Assembly (NCBI GenBank): GCA_965116905.1
Contig: OZ220732.1
Coordinates: forward strand, 2,464,001-2,528,000
Direction: 5' to 3'
From: Longimicrobiales bacterium
GTDB taxonomy: Bacteria > Gemmatimonadota > Gemmatimonadetes > Longimicrobiales > Gaopeijiaceae
Length of the DNA: 64,000 bases
Positions 9,793-19,468 of the stretch are shown here, piece after piece. A model generated the notes under the pieces. The model searched no databases. It was not told the origin of the DNA and saw only the letters and a list, made by a program, of their open reading frames with translations. Numbering within the stretch: the first letter of the stretch is position 1; each line of letters starts with the position of its first letter. The position numbers and the translations under genes were made by a program.

Positions 9793-11286
9793 GTGTCCAC
9801 CCGATCCCAGGTCTTCACCACCCGCTGGGGAATGCTCCTCGCCATGCTCGGCATGGCCGTCGGCACCGGCAACATCTGGCGTTTCCCACGCATCGCGGCG
9901 TCGAACGGGGGCGGATCGTTCCTGGTTGCGTGGGCGGTCTTCCTGCTCTTGTGGTCGGTTCCCCTGCTGATCCTCGAGTTCGGGATGGGGAAGGCGACGC
10001 GCCGCGGTACCATCGGTTCGTTCATCAAGACGATCGGACCGAAGTTCGCGTGGATGGGGGCGTGGATCGCCTGGGTCGCCGTCGCGATCATGTTCTACTA
10101 CTCGGTGGTGATGGGCTGGACGATCCGCTTCTTCGTCGCAACGCTCTCGGGCGAAATTCCCACGGCGGTCCCGGGCAGCTTCTGGGACGCGTTCAACTCC
10201 ACGCCGCAGGCCCTCATCTTCCACGCGATCGCGGTGGGGCTCGGCGTCTTCGTCGTGTCGCGCGGCGTGCGCGGGATCGAAAAGGCGGCGCGGTTCCTGA
10301 TCCCCTCGCTGATCATCCTCGTGGTGGTGCTCGCGATCAAGGCGCTGACGCTGCCCGGGGCGTCGGCCGGGCTGGCGTTCCTCTTCACTCCGGACTTCAG
10401 TCAGCTTGGCGATGTCAGGATCTGGCTGGAAGCGCTCACCCAGAACGCGTGGGACACGGGCGCGGGATGGGGACTGGTGCTGTCGTACGCGGTCTACATG
10501 CGGGCCCGCGAGGACACCGCGCTCAACGCCTTCGTGATCGGCTTCGGCAACAACTCGATGTCGCTGCTGGCCGGCATCATGGTGCTCTGCACGATCTTCT
10601 CGATCATGCCCGAGGCGGCCGGCGAGATCGTGGGTGCGGGCAACGAGGGGCTGACCTTCATCTGGGTGCCGCAGCTCTTCGCCCAGATGGCGGGCGGCCA
10701 GTTCTTCATGGCGCTCTTCTTCCTGGCGCTGATCTTCGCCGCGTGGTCGAGCCTGGTGGCCATGATCGAACTGGCGTCGCGCATCCTGATCGACCTGGGG
10801 CTGACCCGACGTCACGCGATCATCGCGGTTGGCTCGGCCGGCTTCCTCTTCGGCATCCCGTCCGCGCTCCGGATCGGCATTTTCCAGAATCAGGACTGGG
10901 TGTGGGGCGTCGGCCTCATGCTGTCGGGTTTCTTCTTCGCTTTCGCCGTGATCAGGTACGGCGTGACGAAGTGGCGCGAGAAGTTCATCAACACCGGCGA
11001 CTCCGACGTGCGGATCGGGAAATGGTGGGACTGGGCGATCCGCCTGGTGATGGTCCAGGCCGTGGTGCTGATGGGCTGGTGGCTCGTACAGGCCGCCGGG
11101 GACGACTTCGGCTCCGCCGCGACATGGACGCTCTTCTCGCCGTACAACGTGGGCTCGGTGCTGATCCAGTTCGGGGTGGTGATCCTGGTTCTGCTGGCAT
11201 TGAATCGCTGGCTCGTGGCCCGGGTTGCGGCGGCGAGCGGCGGACCAGCTCCCGCAAGCTCCGCCGGCGATGGCGGAGGCGGGTAG
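9793..11286 (+). CDS. Sodium-dependent transporter (NSS/SNF family)
   Basis: GMAVGTGNIWRFP, NGGGSFL, GIEKA and multiple TM helices; AAGGAG RBS. Confidence 0.93.
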   Translation: MSTRSQVFTTRWGMLLAMLGMAVGTGNIWRFPRIAASNGGGSFLVAWAVFLLLWSVPLLILEFGMGKATRRGTIGSFIKTIGPKFAWMGAWIAWVAVAIMFYYSVVMGWTIRFFVATLSGEIPTAVPGSFWDAFNSTPQALIFHAIAVGLGVFVVSRGVRGIEKAARFLIPSLIILVVVLAIKALTLPGASAGLAFLFTPDFSQLGDVRIWLEALTQNAWDTGAGWGLVLSYAVYMRAREDTALNAFVIGFGNNSMSLLAGIMVLCTIFSIMPEAAGEIVGAGNEGLTFIWVPQLFAQMAGGQFFMALFFLALIFAAWSSLVAMIELASRILIDLGLTRRHAIIAVGSAGFLFGIPSALRIGIFQNQDWVWGVGLMLSGFFFAFAVIRYGVTKWREKFINTGDSDVRIGKWWDWAIRLVMVQAVVLMGWWLVQAAGDDFGSAATWTLFSPYNVGSVLIQFGVVILVLLALNRWLVARVAAASGGPAPASSAGDGGGG

Positions 11287-11304
11287 GCGCCTGCGGCGAA
11301 GAGC

Positions 11305-12174
11305 GTGGCCACGCACGATGCATACGCCCGGCTGACTCCCTACGAGCTGCTGCAGCCGGACGCAGGGTTTCCGGACCGTCACTTTCCGGGGATTGCGGAC
11401 GAAGCGGACCAGCGGGGCGCCGACCCCGCCAACCCCGCCGCTTTCGTGATGCTGGGCTCGGTGCAGGGGGCGCTCGCCGACCTCCGCGCCGAAGACGCCG
11501 CGCCCGAGTCCGCCAACGACCACGGCAGCGTGCTCTTCTTCGCCTACCACCTGTGGCGGACCGAAGGAACGGTCGTGCTCGCGCAACAAAAAACGTTGCG
11601 CGCGCTTTTGTCGGGCGAAGGCGAACCGTGGTCCACGGATCATAAAACCATGTGGGAAAAGGAAATAACCGAAAAAGCAGGGTACGTTCAACTGCCGCAG
11701 CATTTCGTGTGGCTCGAAGAGGCGCGCAACGATCCGCAGGAGTCACGCGACGTTTCACAGGAAACGCGGGATCCCCCCGAATCGGTCGACGGCTTCTTCT
11801 GGTTCGGCGACTCCCACGGAGCGCTCCACCTGTCCCTGGTCGCCGGCATGCGCAGTGATCGTCCCGGTTTTGCCGTCGTGCCCGTCCCGCCGCTGCCGCT
11901 CGATAGCCTGCCGGATTGGGCCGCGGGCCCCGCGCGCGAAGGCGGCGGTGACTTTGCCACCTCACTGCCTGGCGCCGAACTCGATGGCCTCCTGGGCATC
12001 CGTACGCCGGCCGAAGTGTTCAAGCTGGCGGCGCTGCTACTCGGTCGAATGGCCGAGGAGCGGCCCGAGGCGTCCCCGCCGCCGGAAGTCGTCCCTCAGC
12101 CTCCGGGCACCCGCGAGGACCGCCCCACGGCCGCCGGACCTCGCCCGTCGGCTCTGCCCTACGCTACCCTCTGA
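11305..12174 (+). CDS. Hypothetical protein
   Basis: 289-aa ORF co-oriented and closely spaced between the NSS gene and nth; no family recognised. Confidence 0.7.
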   Translation: MATHDAYARLTPYELLQPDAGFPDRHFPGIADEADQRGADPANPAAFVMLGSVQGALADLRAEDAAPESANDHGSVLFFAYHLWRTEGTVVLAQQKTLRALLSGEGEPWSTDHKTMWEKEITEKAGYVQLPQHFVWLEEARNDPQESRDVSQETRDPPESVDGFFWFGDSHGALHLSLVAGMRSDRPGFAVVPVPPLPLDSLPDWAAGPAREGGGDFATSLPGAELDGLLGIRTPAEVFKLAALLLGRMAEERPEASPPPEVVPQPPGTREDRPTAAGPRPSALPYATL

Positions 12175-12195
12175 GCCCCTCCCTGTGACTGACCC

Positions 12196-12849
12196 ATGAG
12201 CCCCCGCGAATCGAAGAAGGCCAGGACGGCCCGCGCCGCCGAGATCTACGACATCCTCGAGGCCGAGTACCCTGACGCCGAATGCGCCTTGCGCCACGCG
12301 TCGCCCTACGAACTCGCCGTTGCGACGATCCTCTCGGCCCAGTGCACCGATGCCCGCGTGAACATGGTCACGCCCGAACTGTTCCGCCGCTACCCGGACC
12401 CGTACGAGCTGGCGGCCGCGCTCCCGCACGAGCTCGAGGAGGTCATCCGCTCGACCGGCTTCTTCCGGAACAAGACCCGCAACCTGATCGGCATGGCCAA
12501 CGCCCTGATCGACGAGCACGGCGGCGAGCTCCCCCGCAACATGAAGGAGCTCTCGGCGCTCCCCGGCATCGGGCGCAAAACGGCCAACGTCATCCTGGGA
12601 AACGCCTTCGGGATCGATGAGGGCGTGGTCGTCGACACGCACGTGAAGCGCCTCTCGGGCCGCATGCGCTTCACCACGCACACCAACCCGGTCAAGATCG
12701 AAAAGGACCTGATGGCGATCTTTCCGCGCGGCGTCTGGACGATGCTGGCGCATCTGCTCATCTATCATGGGCGCCAGGTCTGCAACGCTCGCAAGCCGCG
12801 CTGCAACCAGTGCGCGATCTCGCACCTGTGCCCGTCTAGCGCGGTGTGA
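12196..12849 (+). CDS. nth: Endonuclease III
   Basis: ILSAQCTDARVN, HhH LPGIGRKTANV, VVDTHV, 4Fe-4S motif CNARKPRCNQCAISHLC. Confidence 0.96.
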   Translation: MSPRESKKARTARAAEIYDILEAEYPDAECALRHASPYELAVATILSAQCTDARVNMVTPELFRRYPDPYELAAALPHELEEVIRSTGFFRNKTRNLIGMANALIDEHGGELPRNMKELSALPGIGRKTANVILGNAFGIDEGVVVDTHVKRLSGRMRFTTHTNPVKIEKDLMAIFPRGVWTMLAHLLIYHGRQVCNARKPRCNQCAISHLCPSSAV

Positions 12850-12875
12850 GGCCACCCCAACACAAGGACCTGAAG

Positions 12876-13460
12876 ATGCACACCCGATCCGACGCCGTCG
12901 CGCTCCTCGAGGAATGGGTCGCGAGCGAAGCGCTCAGGAGGCACATGTATGCCGTCGAGGCCGCGGTCCGGCACTACGCCCGCCTCATGGGCGAGGATGA
13001 GGACCTGTGGGGCCTGGCCGGGCTCCTGCACGACCTGGACTGGGAGAAGCATCCCGACGCCCACCCGCGGATCGGCGTGGCTCGGCTCCGCGAACTCGGC
13101 TATCCGGAAGAGGTCGTGCACGCGATCGAGGCCCACGCCTACCCCGACCGCACGGATGTCGTCCCCACGTCGCAACTCGATCGGGTGCTCTACGGCTGCG
13201 ACGAACTCAGCGGCCTCATCTACGCGTGCTGCCTCGTGCGGCCGAACGGGATCGACGACCTCAAGTCGAAGTCCGTGGCCAAGAAGATGAAGGACAAGTC
13301 GTTCGCGGCGGGCGTGCACCGCGACGCGGTCCACCGCGGCATCGAGCTGATCGGACTCCCGCGCGCCGAGCACATCCAGAACGTGATTGACGGACTAAGG
13401 ACGGTCGGGGATGTGCTGGAGGTGAGGGGGGTGGATCAGGCGAGGCGGCGGGCGGGGTGA
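12876..13460 (+). CDS. HD-domain (HDIG) hydrolase
   Basis: LRRHMYAVEA, GLLHDLDWE, DELSGLI, KKMKDKSFAAGV. Confidence 0.88.
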   Translation: MHTRSDAVALLEEWVASEALRRHMYAVEAAVRHYARLMGEDEDLWGLAGLLHDLDWEKHPDAHPRIGVARLRELGYPEEVVHAIEAHAYPDRTDVVPTSQLDRVLYGCDELSGLIYACCLVRPNGIDDLKSKSVAKKMKDKSFAAGVHRDAVHRGIELIGLPRAEHIQNVIDGLRTVGDVLEVRGVDQARRRAG

Positions 13461-13461
13461 G

Positions 13462-14823
13462 TCAAGGGTTGGCGAGGATTGTCTCCTGTAGCCGCCACAC
13501 CCAGCCGGCGGTTGCCTCCGACGGGATGTGTAGCACCCGCATTCCGCCTGGCTCAGCACGCGCCTTCTTTAGTCGTTCATACCACTTTTGCCAGTAATCG
13601 TCACAGACCCCGTTTGGCTCGACGATCCAACGACATCCTGGCGAGCCATCGTAGACGAGCCGCCTTACGTCTGGGTCGCTGTTGCTGGTCATGTCGTAGG
13701 TAAAGACCCACTCGGTTGGTGGTTTGCCAGCGGGTTCCTCCGACAGGGTGACCAACTCGGCCGCATCCACTGGCGCCGTCGGCATCGGCTGGTCTGCGAA
13801 CCCGCAATACACCATCCCCAGAGGCAGCATGCAGACGGCCGCTGCGGCGCCTCGCCTGCGAAGCCACCGGGGCGATTGAGCAAGCGATCTTTCGGAGACA
13901 AGCATCCTGATTCTCCTCTCAAGGGCCTGGTGACTTCGGCCGCTCGCAACGCCACTGGCGAATGCCGGGACCGGTGGCGTCGGCGGCCTGGACAGGAGCT
14001 CCACGACGCGGAGCAGGGACTTCGCATAGTCGCGCGGTGCACACCCGAGCGTCGCCGCACCCAACGCGTCACACGATGCCTCCTCCGTGGTCCTCAATTC
14101 ACGCCGTGCCCACCAGGCCACGGGGTTCCACCAGAAGGCCGAGCACGCGAGCCACTCGAGCCAGCGCACCAGGTGGTCGCGTCTGCGGACGTGTGCGAGT
14201 TCGTGGGCCAGCATGGCTCGGAGTTCATGCCGATCCAGGGCCGCCAGAAGAAACGACGGAACCACGACGCGGACCCTTCCACCGGTCCAGCAAACCATCG
14301 GGGACACGCGGGCGGCCGTGGTGTGAACCGCCGGAATGCGGGTCAAGCCCAGCCTGAGGCCAATGCCGGCGACCTCGTCTCGCAGTTCCGGTGGCGCGGG
14401 TTGCCAGGTTCGGACAAGCCAGTGCCGGAAGCGGAGGACCCGCAGTAGGGTCCACCCGAGCAAAAGGACCGTACCAAGGAGCCACATGAGCACAAGCCCG
14501 GCCTTTGCGTCCTGCGCGATTCGGGTGGGGGAGGGTGTGCCGAACTCGGGGCGCAGACCGTTGGCGGTACTGGCCTGAACCGGGGCAGTCGGGTCCGGAG
14601 AGAACGGAGACCCGCCAAAGCCCGCAGCAGCCGCACCGTCTGCCCCCGGAAGCACCGGAATCGCGACCACTGCCGGAAGCAGCAGCGCGACCAACACCAG
14701 CAACCAGAATCGGTGAATGAGGATGGGGTGACCCACACGCCGCTGCACGATCATTACCAAGCAAGCCAGCACAGCCGATACCAACAGTTTGGTAATACCG
14801 ACCTGAAGCACAACATCAATCAT
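13462..14823 (-). CDS. M56-family (BlaR1/MecR1-type) membrane metallopeptidase
   Basis: TM helices, HELAHVRRRD zinc motif, FWWNP, EEASCD, LERRI; short C-terminus that is not a penicillin-binding domain. Confidence 0.9.
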   Translation of the reverse strand: MIDVVLQVGITKLLVSAVLACLVMIVQRRVGHPILIHRFWLLVLVALLLPAVVAIPVLPGADGAAAAGFGGSPFSPDPTAPVQASTANGLRPEFGTPSPTRIAQDAKAGLVLMWLLGTVLLLGWTLLRVLRFRHWLVRTWQPAPPELRDEVAGIGLRLGLTRIPAVHTTAARVSPMVCWTGGRVRVVVPSFLLAALDRHELRAMLAHELAHVRRRDHLVRWLEWLACSAFWWNPVAWWARRELRTTEEASCDALGAATLGCAPRDYAKSLLRVVELLSRPPTPPVPAFASGVASGRSHQALERRIRMLVSERSLAQSPRWLRRRGAAAAVCMLPLGMVYCGFADQPMPTAPVDAAELVTLSEEPAGKPPTEWVFTYDMTSNSDPDVRRLVYDGSPGCRWIVEPNGVCDDYWQKWYERLKKARAEPGGMRVLHIPSEATAGWVWRLQETILANP

Positions 14824-14824
14824 G

Positions 14825-15190
14825 TTACTCCTCCAGAATACGCCGCAGCTTGTCGATCTCGGCCGGCGAAAGCCGATTATCCGCCACAAGCCGCGTGATC
14901 ATCGGGACCAGCGAGCCGTGGGTGAGCCGGTTCGCGAGGGACTCCAGTTGCTCGCTCGCGTATTCCTCGCGGCTGATCGTGGGCGAGAACACGTTCACGC
15001 CCAGGTCGCGTGTGCGGACCACAACGCCCTTGGCGCGAAGCCGCTGCAGGAGGCGCTGGACGGTGCCGTGTTGCGGCTTGGCGACGTCGGGGTAGAGCTG
15101 GTCGAGGATCTGCCGGGCGGTGAGGCGGCCCTCCCTCCACAGCAGTTCCATGACCGCGAGTTCGGCGTTGGGTAGCGATGGCGTCGTCAC
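14825..15190 (-). CDS. BlaI/MecI/CopY-family repressor
   Basis: LPNAELAVMELLW, TVQRLLQRL, LSPAEIDKLRRIL; lies directly upstream of the M56 gene. Confidence 0.9.
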   Translation of the reverse strand: MTTPSLPNAELAVMELLWREGRLTARQILDQLYPDVAKPQHGTVQRLLQRLRAKGVVVRTRDLGVNVFSPTISREEYASEQLESLANRLTHGSLVPMITRLVADNRLSPAEIDKLRRILEE

Positions 15191-15222
15191 GGTCGCTCTT
15201 TTACTCCGTCCACAAGCTTGAC

Positions 15223-15267
15223 ACGACAATATGTCGTAGTATTAAGACACAATGTCGTGGAAGTCAA
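15223..15267 (-). promoter_or_regulatory. Two BlaI-type operators within the blaI promoter
   Basis: ACGACA-ATA-TGTCGT (15223-15237) and AAGACA-CAA-TGTCGT (15244-15258), 21 bp apart. Minus strand has TTGACT-N17-TAATAC. Confidence 0.75.
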
Positions 15268-15324
15268 GTCATGATCGGGAATGGACTGGACGCGACCGCT
15301 CCGGGGCGGTCCGGACTTCCTCGT

Positions 15325-16779
15325 CTAGCGCGGGCTCGTCGCCACCGGCTCGAAGGCCTTGAGCACCTCGCGCGTCATGTCCCAGCGGTCGAATCCCTGG
15401 CGGCCGTAGTCCAGGCCGCGGCGGACGATGACCACGTCGTGCGAGGGCACCACGACCACGAACTGACCGCGGTTGCCGGCCGTGGAATAGGCGTCGGACG
15501 GGACATCGGTGCGGTCGTCCGGGACCAGCCAGAACTGGCCGCCGTAGAAGTTGCCCGTCTCGGATGTGGCGGGCGCCGGGGTCCGCACGAAGTCGATCCA
15601 CGCCTCCGACACGAGCCGCTCGCCCTTCCACACCCCGTTCTGGGCATAGAGCATCCCGAAGCGGGCGAGGTCGCGGGCCGTCGTGTAGACCTGGCTGCTG
15701 AGGATGAAGTCGCCGAAGCGGTCGGTGCTGAGGAGCGTGCTCCGCATGCCGAGCTTGTCGAGGAGGCGTTTTCGCGGGAATTCGAGATAGTCCTGCGCGT
15801 CCCCGATCATCAGCTTCATCGCGTAGACCCCGAGCAGGGTGTCGTAGTTCTCGTAGTCCCAGAAGGTGCCGGGCTGGCGCATGAGCGAGCGGTTGCGCGC
15901 CCCGTCGACCGAACTCGCGCCGGCCCAGTAGGAGAAGCCCGAGCCGGTCGCGTATTCCATGCCCCAGCTGTCCACGGGGTAGAGGCCGCTGGACATGTTG
16001 AGGACGTGGCGGAGGGTGATCTGGCGCCGGGGATCCGTCTCGGCGGAGCCGGCGTTGCCCGGCAGCCAGTCGAAGGGGAGGGGATCGTCGAGCGCCAGCT
16101 TGCCCTCGTCGACGAGCATGCCGATCAGGGTCACGGCGATGCTCTTCGCGGTCGACCAGGTGCGGGTCTTTGTGGACACGTTGACGCCGGGGGCGTAGCG
16201 CTCGTGAATGATCCGGCCGTCGTGCACCACGATCAGGCTGAGGGTCACCTGCTCCGGCGACTCGCGGTCGAAGGCCCAGTCGGAGGCGTCCTGGAGGGCG
16301 GCCGGATCGATGCCGGCCGAGAGTGGCCGATCGTCGATGAGGTCGCCATCCGGCCAGGGCATGCTGGAGGGATCGCCTGCTGGCGGCGGGGTCTCCAGGA
16401 CGGGCAGGTCGTCGATGTCATCGAACGTCTGATCCGGCGACATGATCACGCACCCGATCCCCTCGCGGAACGCGGCCCTCATGGTCGGGATTGCGCCGGC
16501 TGCCCCGATCGCGACCGCCTTCCTCTCCCAGTCGACGACGTAGTCCCCGCCCTCGGCGGTCCCGACGGGATTCGCGAGGTAGGCCAGTTCCTGGTCGAAC
16601 ACCTGCTCCGGCGTCCGGTCGCTCGTGAAGAGGCCGTTGCACTGCAGGATGGCCTGCACACCGCGCTGGATCATCTCCCGCTGGGGCGCGAAGTAGTCGT
16701 AGGAGCGCTCCTGCTGGCCGTGCGCGGCCGTTGGCGGGAGGAGGACGAGCGCGATGGCGGCGGCGGTGAGGCGGTTCAT
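15325..16779 (-). CDS. Secreted serine hydrolase, beta-lactamase class C-like family
   Basis: Signal peptide, STAKS (SxxK), YENY (YxN), LRHVLNMSSGL, GNRGQF. Confidence 0.88.
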   Translation of the reverse strand: MNRLTAAAIALVLLPPTAAHGQQERSYDYFAPQREMIQRGVQAILQCNGLFTSDRTPEQVFDQELAYLANPVGTAEGGDYVVDWERKAVAIGAAGAIPTMRAAFREGIGCVIMSPDQTFDDIDDLPVLETPPPAGDPSSMPWPDGDLIDDRPLSAGIDPAALQDASDWAFDRESPEQVTLSLIVVHDGRIIHERYAPGVNVSTKTRTWSTAKSIAVTLIGMLVDEGKLALDDPLPFDWLPGNAGSAETDPRRQITLRHVLNMSSGLYPVDSWGMEYATGSGFSYWAGASSVDGARNRSLMRQPGTFWDYENYDTLLGVYAMKLMIGDAQDYLEFPRKRLLDKLGMRSTLLSTDRFGDFILSSQVYTTARDLARFGMLYAQNGVWKGERLVSEAWIDFVRTPAPATSETGNFYGGQFWLVPDDRTDVPSDAYSTAGNRGQFVVVVPSHDVVIVRRGLDYGRQGFDRWDMTREVLKAFEPVATSPR

Positions 16780-16865
16780 GACTTTCCTTCGCGGTGGGCG
16801 GTACGGATCGGATCGGCTTCAACATGCACCGTGCGAGTCGCCCGGCCAAGGCGGTATCTTTCCGC

Positions 16866-17597
16866 ATGCTGATCAACTGCGACATGGGCGAGAGCTACGG
16901 CCCCTGGGAGAAGGGGGCCGACGCTGCCGTGATGCCGCTCATCGACTGGGCCAACATCGCGTGTGGCGGCCATGCGGGGGACCCGGACACGATGGCGCGC
17001 ACGCTGACGCTGGCGGCCGAGCACGGCGTGCAGGCGGGTGCGCATCCGGGCTATCCCGACCGCCGCAACTTCGGGCGCCTGCGGCTGGACTGGCCGCTCG
17101 ATTCGCTCGTGCTCGAGATCCAGGCGCAGATCGGGGCGCTGCAGGCGGTTGCGGCCGCGGTGGGGACGGGACTGCGTCACGTCAAGCCGCACGGGGCCCT
17201 GTACCTGGCGATGATGAACGACGACCGGCTGCTCACGCGCCTGGCCGAAGGCGTGGCCGCCGTGGATCCGTCGCTGACGTTCGTCCTGCAGGCGACGCCG
17301 GATCGCGGACGGCACGCGGCGATGCTCGAGCACACGGGACTGCCGCTGGCGTTCGAGGCGTTTGCCGACCGAGCCTACGCGGCCGACGGGCGGCTTCAGT
17401 CGCGATCGCTGCCGGGAGCGGTCCTCACCGACCACGGCGCGGTCGCGAGGCACGTCGCGAACCTGGTCGACGGCTTTGCGGAGACGCCGGCGGGAAGGCT
17501 GCCGGTCGTAGCCGAGACGTTGTGCGTCCATGGCGACAACCCGTCGGCACCGGAGGCCTTGCGCCGCATCCGTGAGCTGGTGCCACGCCGCGCGTGA
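16866..17597 (+). CDS. pxpA: 5-oxoprolinase subunit A (LamB/YcsF)
   Basis: INCDMGESYG, ANIACGGHAGDP, HVKPHGALY, EAFADRAY, TLCVHGD. Confidence 0.93.
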   Translation: MLINCDMGESYGPWEKGADAAVMPLIDWANIACGGHAGDPDTMARTLTLAAEHGVQAGAHPGYPDRRNFGRLRLDWPLDSLVLEIQAQIGALQAVAAAVGTGLRHVKPHGALYLAMMNDDRLLTRLAEGVAAVDPSLTFVLQATPDRGRHAAMLEHTGLPLAFEAFADRAYAADGRLQSRSLPGAVLTDHGAVARHVANLVDGFAETPAGRLPVVAETLCVHGDNPSAPEALRRIRELVPRRA

Positions 17598-18265
17598 TCA
17601 CCTTTCCGGGCCCAATCAGCGCCCTGGTCACTCTGCCGGTGCCCGCCGACCGGGAGGGGATCGCGCGCGTGGTTGGCCTGGAGCGGCTGGCCCGCGACGC
17701 GCTGCCGGATGTGCGCGCAACCATCCCGGCGTTCAACCGGTTGCTGGTCGAGGGCTCGCCGGACACGTGGGATCCGGCAGAGGTCGAGGCCCGGCTGTCG
17801 GCGGCGGCGAAGGAATGCATGCTGCGGGTGCCCGAGATGGAGGCGACGGATCTCGTTTCGCTGCCGGTGTGCTACGACCCGGAGCTGGCTCCGGACCTCG
17901 AGGATGTGGCGGCGAGCGCGGGCATGAGCGCGGAGGAGCTCGCCAGCCTCCATGGCGGGACCGCGTATACCGTGCTGGCGACCGGGTTCGCCCCGGGGTT
18001 CGCATACCTGGGGGACCTGGATGCCGGGATTGCCATGCCTCGTCTTGCCACGCCCCGCCGGCGGGTCGAAGCGGGCTCGGTCGGGATCGCGGATCGGCGC
18101 ACGGGCATCTACCCCGCGGCGGGCCCGGGCGGCTGGCGCATCGTCGGCCGGGTGCCGGAGCCGTTTTTCTCGGACCCCACGGAGCGGATCTCCCGCTTCC
18201 GGCCGGGCGGCACGGTCGAGTTTCGCGCGATCAGTCGTGACGCCTACGAGGCGCACTGCGGATGA
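17594..18265 (+). CDS. pxpB: 5-oxoprolinase subunit B
   Basis: PVCYD...DLEDVA, GFAPGFAYLG, GSVGIA, GIYP..GPGGWRIVGR. Confidence 0.9.
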   Translation: MITFPGPISALVTLPVPADREGIARVVGLERLARDALPDVRATIPAFNRLLVEGSPDTWDPAEVEARLSAAAKECMLRVPEMEATDLVSLPVCYDPELAPDLEDVAASAGMSAEELASLHGGTAYTVLATGFAPGFAYLGDLDAGIAMPRLATPRRRVEAGSVGIADRRTGIYPAAGPGGWRIVGRVPEPFFSDPTERISRFRPGGTVEFRAISRDAYEAHCG

Positions 18266-18278
18266 GTGCGCACTGCGG

Positions 18279-19235
18279 ATGAGTGCGCACGGCGTAGTGG
18301 AGCGCCCCGGACCGTTTTGCACGATTCAGGATCTGGGGAGACGGGCCGGCCGCCGCGCCGGGCTTGCCCCCGGGGGCGCCATGGACCAGCGGGCATACCT
18401 GTGGGCCAACCGGCTCCTGGGGAACGACCCGGCGGCGGCCGCGCTCGAGATCACGCTGGGGGGGCTCGCCCTGCGCTTTGCCGCCGATACCGTTGTCGCG
18501 ATCACCGGGGTGTGTCATGCGGCCACGCTGGACGGCGTCGAGACGGGCGCGTGGCGCACCGTGCGGGCGCGGGCCGGGCAGGTGCTCCGCCTCGGCTACG
18601 GACCGGTGGGCATGCGCGCCTATGTGGCCTTCCCCGGCGGCCTGGATTCCGCCACCGCGTTCGGCTCGGCGTCGGCCGTGGGGCGTGACGGGCTGCCCGG
18701 TCTGCTCGGCCGAAGCCTCCGGCCCGGCGAGCCGCTGCGCTGGCACGCACCCGACTTTCAGTGCCCCGTGCGGCGCGTACCCGACGCACTGATCCCGCCG
18801 CCCCCGGATTCGCTGAACTTGCCGCTGGTCGCCGGCTACGAGTGGGCGGAGTTCTCGCGTGCAGACCGGGACCGCATGCTCGACGCGACCTGGACCATCG
18901 ACCCCGCGAGCGACCGCACGGCGACCCGCCTGGCCGGTCCCGCGCTCACCACGGGTCCGCGCGTCCTCGACTCGACGCCCCTCGTGGACGGCACGGTTCA
19001 GGTCACCGGCGACGGCCTGCCGCTGGTGTTCATGCGGGACCGCCCGACGATCGGCGGCTACGCCAAGCTCGGTTCCGTCGACCCGATCGCTCTCGACGCG
19101 CTCGCCCAGGCCCGGCCCGGGACGTCTGTCGGCTTTGCCCGGGCCGAACCCGGCGTGCTGCGCGCCGCGCTCGCCCGGCGCGAGTCGTTTTTCCGAATCA
19201 CGTCTTGCCCCGGCACCCCCGTTTCCGCACCTTAG
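18279..19235 (+). CDS. pxpC: 5-oxoprolinase subunit C
   Basis: TIQDLGR, GGAMD, ANRLLGN, LEITLGG, DRPTIGGYAKLG. Confidence 0.9.
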   Translation: MSAHGVVERPGPFCTIQDLGRRAGRRAGLAPGGAMDQRAYLWANRLLGNDPAAAALEITLGGLALRFAADTVVAITGVCHAATLDGVETGAWRTVRARAGQVLRLGYGPVGMRAYVAFPGGLDSATAFGSASAVGRDGLPGLLGRSLRPGEPLRWHAPDFQCPVRRVPDALIPPPPDSLNLPLVAGYEWAEFSRADRDRMLDATWTIDPASDRTATRLAGPALTTGPRVLDSTPLVDGTVQVTGDGLPLVFMRDRPTIGGYAKLGSVDPIALDALAQARPGTSVGFARAEPGVLRAALARRESFFRITSCPGTPVSAP

Positions 19236-19335
19236 TCCGGCCCCGGAAAAGGCGCTCCCCGCCCGGCGCGCGTCGTCGGCCTCTTCCGCGGCTGCCGAAT
19301 ACGCCCACCGCGATTTCGAAGGGAGCCGGTCACAG

Positions 19336-19449
19336 ATGACCACCGCCACCTGGATCACCATGATCGTGATCATGGCGTTCGTGTGGGGAGGCCTCACCGT
19401 GGCCCTCCGTACCGCGGTCCGGAAGGAATCCGCCAAGAGCGCCGACTAG
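19336..19449 (+). CDS. Small single-TM protein, MetS-like NSS transporter small subunit
   Basis: 37 aa [37 protein letters not shown]. The 'M...iiWGGL' pattern resembles MetS small subunits; GGAG lies upstream. Confidence 0.7.
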   Translation: MTTATWITMIVIMAFVWGGLTVALRTAVRKESAKSAD

Positions 19450-19468
19450 CCGACGGTGCACGGAATCA

